From Planctomycetota bacterium (GTDB lineage Bacteria; Planctomycetota; UBA1135), in contig JASFYO010000075.1 of NCBI GenBank assembly GCA_045047305.1, positions 1-31,680 on the forward strand: 31,680 bases of DNA. Reading direction: 5' to 3'. The notes below the pieces were generated by a model, which was not told where the DNA came from, did not search any database, and worked only from the letters and a program-made list of their open reading frames with translations. Numbering within the stretch: position 1 is the first letter of the stretch; each line of letters opens with the position of its first letter. Positions 26,816 to 31,680 of the stretch are shown one piece after another. A program made the position numbers and the translations under genes.

Positions 26816-27826
26816 ATGAGCCAAACTCAAATAACATCATTCGCTACGCCTGAAGGGGCTGCGACTAGCCCGGTGGCGCAGGACTTCCATCGGCTACAGG
26901 AACACCTGAACCAGCGCATCATTGGTCAGCCGCTTTTAACCGAGGGGCTGTTGCTGGCGATTCTCGCTGATGGGCATCTCTTAGTGGAAGGCGCCCCAGG
27001 CTTGGCTAAAACGAAAGCGATTAAGGAGCTTTCCCTCGCTGTTGAGGGATCGGAACATCGTATTCAATTTACGCCGGACCTATTGCCAGCCGACTTAACC
27101 GGGACAGAAATTTATCATCCGGAAGATGGTAGTTTCCGTTTTCAGCAAGGCCCAGTCTTTCATAACTTCGTGCTTGCCGATGAAATCAATCGTGCCCCAG
27201 CAAAAGTGCAATCGGCCCTATTGGAGGCCATGGCGGAACGACAAGTCACGGTCGGAAGCGAGACCCATCAGCTGCCGAAGATTTTTTTGGTGATGGCAAC
27301 CCAAAACCCGATTGAGCAGGAAGGGACTTATCCTTTGCCCGAAGCTCAGCTCGATCGATTTCTTTTGCATCTGCGCATTGGGCCTCCTGACGCGGCTTCG
27401 GAATTGAAGATTCTGCAACTGGTTCGTGCCGAGGCACAAGAGATGCCGGTGGAGCCATTCCGGCCCATCACGCAGGCTTCGGTCCTTGCTGCTCGCCAGG
27501 AAGCGCTTGGCGTCCATCTATCGCCAGCACTGGAGAATTATTTGGTGCAACTTGTCGTGGCCAGTCGGGAACCTGCGGCTTATGACGCCGATTTGGCGCG
27601 TTGGATTGAGTGGGGTGCCAGCCCTCGTGGAAGCATTGCGCTAGATCGCTGCTCTCGTGCCCGGGCATGGCTACGTGGACGTAGTTTCGTGACTCCGGAA
27701 GATATTCAAGCCGTCGCCCCGGACGTTTTGAATCACCGCGTCTTGCCTAGTTACGAGGCGGAGGCTACAGGTGTTACAGCGTCCAAAATCGTGGAGCGCA
27801 TCCTGCAACTTGTTCCATTGCCTTAA
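26816..27826 (+). CDS. moxR: MoxR family AAA+ ATPase
   Basis: Walker A GAPGLAKT, RIQFTPDLLPADLTG, ADEINRAPAKVQSALLEAM, ATQNPIEQEGTYPLPEAQLDRF and GASPRG. Confidence 0.96.
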   Translation: MSQTQITSFATPEGAATSPVAQDFHRLQEHLNQRIIGQPLLTEGLLLAILADGHLLVEGAPGLAKTKAIKELSLAVEGSEHRIQFTPDLLPADLTGTEIYHPEDGSFRFQQGPVFHNFVLADEINRAPAKVQSALLEAMAERQVTVGSETHQLPKIFLVMATQNPIEQEGTYPLPEAQLDRFLLHLRIGPPDAASELKILQLVRAEAQEMPVEPFRPITQASVLAARQEALGVHLSPALENYLVQLVVASREPAAYDADLARWIEWGASPRGSIALDRCSRARAWLRGRSFVTPEDIQAVAPDVLNHRVLPSYEAEATGVTASKIVERILQLVPLP

Positions 27827-27831
27827 TCGAC

Positions 27832-27836
27832 AGGAG
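27832..27836 (+). promoter_or_regulatory. Shine-Dalgarno site for the DUF58 gene
   Basis: AGGAG 8 nt upstream of GTG 27845. Confidence 0.6.
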
Positions 27837-27844
27837 ATCTTGTT

Positions 27845-28798
27845 GTGTCCAAACCGATAGAGATGGAATCGCGGAACTGGCCTGAAGGGGTTGCGATTAG
27901 CTTGGAGGAGCTCACGCGCCTTCGCAGTGAAGGGGAGCGCTTGCATATGAGGAATTCGGAAAGAGTCGGGACGGTTCTGGCCGGCTCGCACCGAACTCCG
28001 TTCCGTGGGCGTGGCATGGAGTTTGCCGAGGTGCGTGGGTACCAGGCGGGAGATGATCCACGGAGTATCGATTGGAAAGTGACTGCCCGAACGGGGCAAG
28101 TTCACACCAAGCTGTTTCATGAGGAGCGGGAACGCCCGGTACTGTTCTTGCTGGATTTAAGTGGAAGCATGCGCTTTGGTACTCGCAAGTGCTTTAAGTC
28201 CGTGCAGGCAGCGCGGCTCATGGCGCTTTTGGGTTTCGCTGCTTTGGCTAAAGGAGATCGCGTGGGTGGAGTGGTCATTGGCGATGACACCCTTTCCGTT
28301 TTCAGAGCACTTCGTTCGCGCAGGCGTTGGCTTGCCATGCTGGACAAAACGGCTGAACTTTCTGCGCCCACATCCAGTGGGGAATTGTTCCCGGAGCAAG
28401 CAGCGTGTCTGGGAAAGGCTATGAGGCGGATTTTGGCCCTGAGCGTTCCTGGTTGCCAAGTGGTTATCTTTTCCGATTTTTATGACTTGAATCAAGAATT
28501 CGAAACCTCCTTCCGCCTTCTTGCACGCCGTACGGATTTACGTGTTGTTCACTTGTTTGATCCGCTAGAGCACGATGCCCCGCCAAAGGGTAATTATCGA
28601 ATCTCTAATGGAAGAAATCTCGCGGAGATTGATGCTTCCATTGCCAAACTTCGGCAAAGTTGGGGGCAACAGTTGGCGAGTAGAGAGAAGCACTTGGAAG
28701 ACCTATGTCGGTCCCAACAAGCAGCCTATTTCCGTGCTTCCACTGCTGACGATACGTCTGACCTTCTCACCCTAGGACCCGCATCTCTCGTTCCATAA
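27845..28798 (+). CDS. DUF58 family protein
   Basis: GRGMEFAEVRGYQAGDDPRSIDWKVTAR, EERER, LDLSGSMRFG, FSDF and DPLE. GTG start preceded by AGGAG. Confidence 0.93.
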   Translation: MSKPIEMESRNWPEGVAISLEELTRLRSEGERLHMRNSERVGTVLAGSHRTPFRGRGMEFAEVRGYQAGDDPRSIDWKVTARTGQVHTKLFHEERERPVLFLLDLSGSMRFGTRKCFKSVQAARLMALLGFAALAKGDRVGGVVIGDDTLSVFRALRSRRRWLAMLDKTAELSAPTSSGELFPEQAACLGKAMRRILALSVPGCQVVIFSDFYDLNQEFETSFRLLARRTDLRVVHLFDPLEHDAPPKGNYRISNGRNLAEIDASIAKLRQSWGQQLASREKHLEDLCRSQQAAYFRASTADDTSDLLTLGPASLVP

Positions 28799-28801
28799 CC
28801 G

Positions 28802-29284
28802 ATGCAAACCCCAACCGACCCACTCGCTGCATTGCGCGATATTCATTTGCCTGCCCCGGTAGGGTGGTGGCCTTTGGCACCTGCTTGGTGGGTTCTGGGC
28901 GCCATTCTTTTTCTAGCCATTGCTCTTCTGACACGACGAATCCTCGCAAAGAGAAAGGCTCTCTATCATTTTGCCATAGAGGCATTCATGGCCGCTGAGA
29001 ATCAGTATACCGAGAATGGAAACCTGATACAGATGGCGGTCGCCTTGTCTGAAATCTTGCGTCGTGTTGCGCTTGCCCGATACCCTCGCGAAGAGGTCGC
29101 AAGCTTAAGTGGCGAAGATTGGGCGACGTTTTTGGTAAGCCATGGTGGCAAGGATTCTTTTCAGGAAGAATACTTGTCTTTGGAGCTTGCTACTTACATG
29201 CCAGAAAGTGAAGTGGAATGTCGTCTAAATTCCACACGTCTTTTGCACGCAACGAAGTCCTGGATTAAGAGGAACGCAGCATGA
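28802..29284 (+). CDS. DUF4381 family protein
   Basis: DPLAALRDIHLPAPVGWWPLAPAWW N-terminus, one TM, and VASLSGEDWATFL. Confidence 0.9.
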   Translation: MQTPTDPLAALRDIHLPAPVGWWPLAPAWWVLGAILFLAIALLTRRILAKRKALYHFAIEAFMAAENQYTENGNLIQMAVALSEILRRVALARYPREEVASLSGEDWATFLVSHGGKDSFQEEYLSLELATYMPESEVECRLNSTRLLHATKSWIKRNAA

Positions 29285-30288
29285 TCTTCGCCCACCCCTG
29301 GATGTTTGCTTGTGCGCCGCTACCTTTCCTCGTTTATTGGTTAGCGCCTGCACTCCCAAGGCCGCAAGATGGCGCTTTGCGTGTTCCCTTCTTTCAACAT
29401 GCATCTTCTCTTGCTTCCGCGGCCAAGTTAGGAAGTAACAAATGGCTTATTTGGCTATTGAAGGTTGTCACGTGGCTTTCTCTCGTTGCTGCAGCAGCCT
29501 CCCCACAACTTCTTGGCAATCCCATTGCGGTACCCACTGAGGGAAGAGATTTAATGCTCGCGATTGACTTGTCGGGCTCTATGGCGCGGGAAGATTTTTC
29601 AACGAAATCCCAGCGGGTAGACCGGCTTACGGTAGTTCGTAATGTCGCCAAAGACTTTATTGCGGAGCGCAGAGGTGATCGCGTTGGTTTGATTCTGTTC
29701 GGATCCAAAGCCTACCTGCAAACGCCATTAACCACGGATCTGAAGAGCGTTTCTAATATGCTCGATGAGGCTGAGATTGGCTTGGCTGGAGATGAAACAG
29801 CGATTGGCGACGCCGTCGGTATTGCGGTGAAAGAGCTTCGGGACCGCCCAAGTCAGGAGAAGGTCGTGGTCTTTTTGAGTGATGGCGCCAATAACGCTGG
29901 CGTGTTGGATCCGCTGCAGGCCGCAGAGCTTGCGCAAAAGAACGGGATCCGCATCCACACGATTGGAGTCGGTGCAGAGCAAATGAAGGTGAAGGACTTT
30001 TTTGGCACGCGGATTGTGAACCCGGCCCAAGACCTCGATGAAAAAACCTTAGCCGCGATTGCGGAGAAAACGGGTGGTGTTTTCTTCCGAGCAAAAGATC
30101 AGGATGGGCTCAAGAAGATCTATCAAAAGATTGAGGAGCTTGAACCCACCGCCGGAGAGGCTTCCTTTTTGCATCCCCGTCATAGCTTGTTTCAATGGCC
30201 ATTGGGGTTGGCATTAGCTTTGTCAATCATTCTGGTTCTCATGCATGCTCCCCTCAATCTTAAGCTCGTAAGCAGGAAGGTTACCTGA
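29281..30288 (+). CDS. batA: BatA-type membrane VWA domain protein
   Basis: FAHPW start, GRDLMLAIDLSGSM (MIDAS), GDRVGLILFG, QTPLT, TAIGDA, LSDGANNAG and DLDEKTL; C-terminal TM. Confidence 0.92.
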   Translation: MIFAHPWMFACAPLPFLVYWLAPALPRPQDGALRVPFFQHASSLASAAKLGSNKWLIWLLKVVTWLSLVAAAASPQLLGNPIAVPTEGRDLMLAIDLSGSMAREDFSTKSQRVDRLTVVRNVAKDFIAERRGDRVGLILFGSKAYLQTPLTTDLKSVSNMLDEAEIGLAGDETAIGDAVGIAVKELRDRPSQEKVVVFLSDGANNAGVLDPLQAAELAQKNGIRIHTIGVGAEQMKVKDFFGTRIVNPAQDLDEKTLAAIAEKTGGVFFRAKDQDGLKKIYQKIEELEPTAGEASFLHPRHSLFQWPLGLALALSIILVLMHAPLNLKLVSRKVT

Positions 30289-30289
30289 A

Positions 30290-31680
30290 ATGAATTTACA
30301 ACAGTTTCATTTTCTTCGCCCAGAATGGGGGTATGCACTTGTCCCCTTGGCATTGATTTTCTTGGCGGTTTGGAGGCATCAGCCTAATCAAAGCGCTTGG
30401 GAAAAGGTGTGCGACCCTGGTCTCATGAAAGCTTTATTGCTTGACCCATCAGGAAAATCGCGGCGCTGGCCTCTTTTTTCTTTAGCGGCGGGTTGGTTGG
30501 TCAGTGTCTTTGCTCTGGCTGGACCTACCTGGGAGCAAATTCCGTCGCCAGTTTTTCACGGGAGCCACGCCACGGTTTTCGTAGTTAACTTGTCTGATTC
30601 CATGAGTGCGGCCGATGTTGCGCCAAGCCGCATGGGACGGGCGCGTTTTGAGCTTCAAGACGCTTTGCATAAAATTTCTGGCGAAAAGATGGGCTTAGTG
30701 ATCTTCTCTGATGAACCTTATGTAGTGACGCCTCTAGCGGAGGACCCAAGGGTGATTGAGCAGTCAATTCCGGTTTTGTCTCCTGATTTAATGCCCGGGA
30801 AAGGGGACCGGGTGGATCGCGCGATTGATCAAGCCCATGATTTGTTGGTGCAAGCGGGAGCTGCTTCCGGAAGGATTTTACTGCTTACTGATTCTGTAGG
30901 GGAAGACTCGAAAGCAAGCCTTGTAGCAGCCCAAAGGGCAAAGGAAGATGGCTATGAAGTTTCGGTGCTCAGTTTCGGTACCGAAGAGGGTGCGCCTATT
31001 CCGCAACGGGGAAAGAGAGGGTTTCAGTTGGATTCTTCAGGGAAGCCTGTTCTGGCACATCTAAACGTCAAGGCTCTCCAAGGTTTGGCAGCTGCGGGCG
31101 GCGGAAAGTATTCGCCATCCACCGCGAACGATTCCGATTTGGAAAAAGTACTCCCCATTCTGAGCGAGGAGGCTTGGCAGTTGACGGCATCGGAAGAATA
31201 TGCCTCGGGGTTTGATACCTGGAATGACTTTGGCGCGTGGTGCGTTTTGCTTCCTCTTGGCTTAGCACTCTTGGCATTCCGCAAGAAGCAGGAAAATTTT
31301 GCGGCACTCATGGCGCTTGCAATCATGCCTAACCTTCAAGAGCCTGTTCAGCAACATGAGTTGTTTCAGCGCCCGGATCAGGTGGCAGCTTCTGCTTTTC
31401 AGCACAAAGATTTTGAACAGGCTGCACAAACTTTTCAACGTCAAGATTGGAAAGCATCGGCTCTCTATAAAGCAGGGAGATTTGAAGAGGCCGCTGAGGC
31501 CTTCTCGGAGATTGAGGGGGAGGATGCAATCTACAATCGGGGTAATGCACTCGCGAAGGCCGGCAAACTTGAGGAGGCTGTGAAAGCCTACGACGAGGCT
31601 TTGAAATTAAACCCGAAGCATGTCGATGCGCAGTTTAATCGTGACCTGGTGCAGGACTTGCTCGACAAGCAAGACAAGCA
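30290..31680 (+). CDS. VWA-TPR fusion protein (BatB+BatC-like), 3' truncated; absent from the ORF track
   Basis: Manual translation from ATG 30290 is open to the window end: MNLQQFHFLRPEW...ALAGPTW...NLSDSMSAADVAPSR...LLTD...FGTEEGAPIP...TM...YNRGNALAKAGKLEEAVKAYDEALKLNPKHVDAQFN. Confidence 0.9.
   Translation, partial: MNLQQFHFLRPEWGYALVPLALIFLAVWRHQPNQSAWEKVCDPGLMKALLLDPSGKSRRWPLFSLAAGWLVSVFALAGPTWEQIPSPVFHGSHATVFVVNLSDSMSAADVAPSRMGRARFELQDALHKISGEKMGLVIFSDEPYVVTPLAEDPRVIEQSIPVLSPDLMPGKGDRVDRAIDQAHDLLVQAGAASGRILLLTDSVGEDSKASLVAAQRAKEDGYEVSVLSFGTEEGAPIPQRGKRGFQLDSSGKPVLAHLNVKALQGLAAAGGGKYSPSTANDSDLEKVLPILSEEAWQLTASEEYASGFDTWNDFGAWCVLLPLGLALLAFRKKQENFAALMALAIMPNLQEPVQQHELFQRPDQVAASAFQHKDFEQAAQTFQRQDWKASALYKAGRFEEAAEAFSEIEGEDAIYNRGNALAKAGKLEEAVKAYDEALKLNPKHVDAQFNRDLVQDLLDKQDK

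Noticed and set aside
1..31680. CRISPR array, tRNA/rRNA, IS, integrase or phage genes
   Set aside because: Nearly all sequence is coding. I saw no spaced direct repeats, cloverleaf or transposase/integrase motifs. The short DNA repeats in 25300-26300 are explained by the FG-GAP blades.

Overview
Gene-dense bacterial chromosomal window with about 31 CDSs, most of them overlapping or abutting. I found no rRNA, tRNA, CRISPR array or mobile element. Gene content suggests a Planctomycetota-like host, but that is inference. Both ends carry a truncated MoxR/DUF58/VWA (Bat-type) operon: a compact one at 1-4840 and a differently built one at 26816->31680, whose last VWA-TPR gene is missing from the ORF track. 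Between them are: (1) a minus-strand run of TMTC-like glycosyltransferase-TPR, algH/yqgE, a membrane protein, mqnC, DUF2868 and a DUF3482 GTPase; (2) ddl; (3) a five-gene overlap-coupled run of a degenerate parvulin and a two-ATPase/two-permease ABC system, followed by an amidinotransferase; (4) a GalK-family kinase; (5) a HEAT lipoprotein, aminotransferase and lipoprotein operon; (6) an amino-acid dehydrogenase plus cupin; (7) a 7-blade FG-GAP (integrin alpha-like) secreted protein. The best leads are the GalK homolog with two sugar-pocket substitutions pointing to a non-galactose (possibly uronic acid) substrate, the parvulin-ABC module, the two distinct Bat systems, and a palindrome placing a stop codon in its loop while pairing the next start codon. 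All family calls come from motif recognition by eye, not from database searches.
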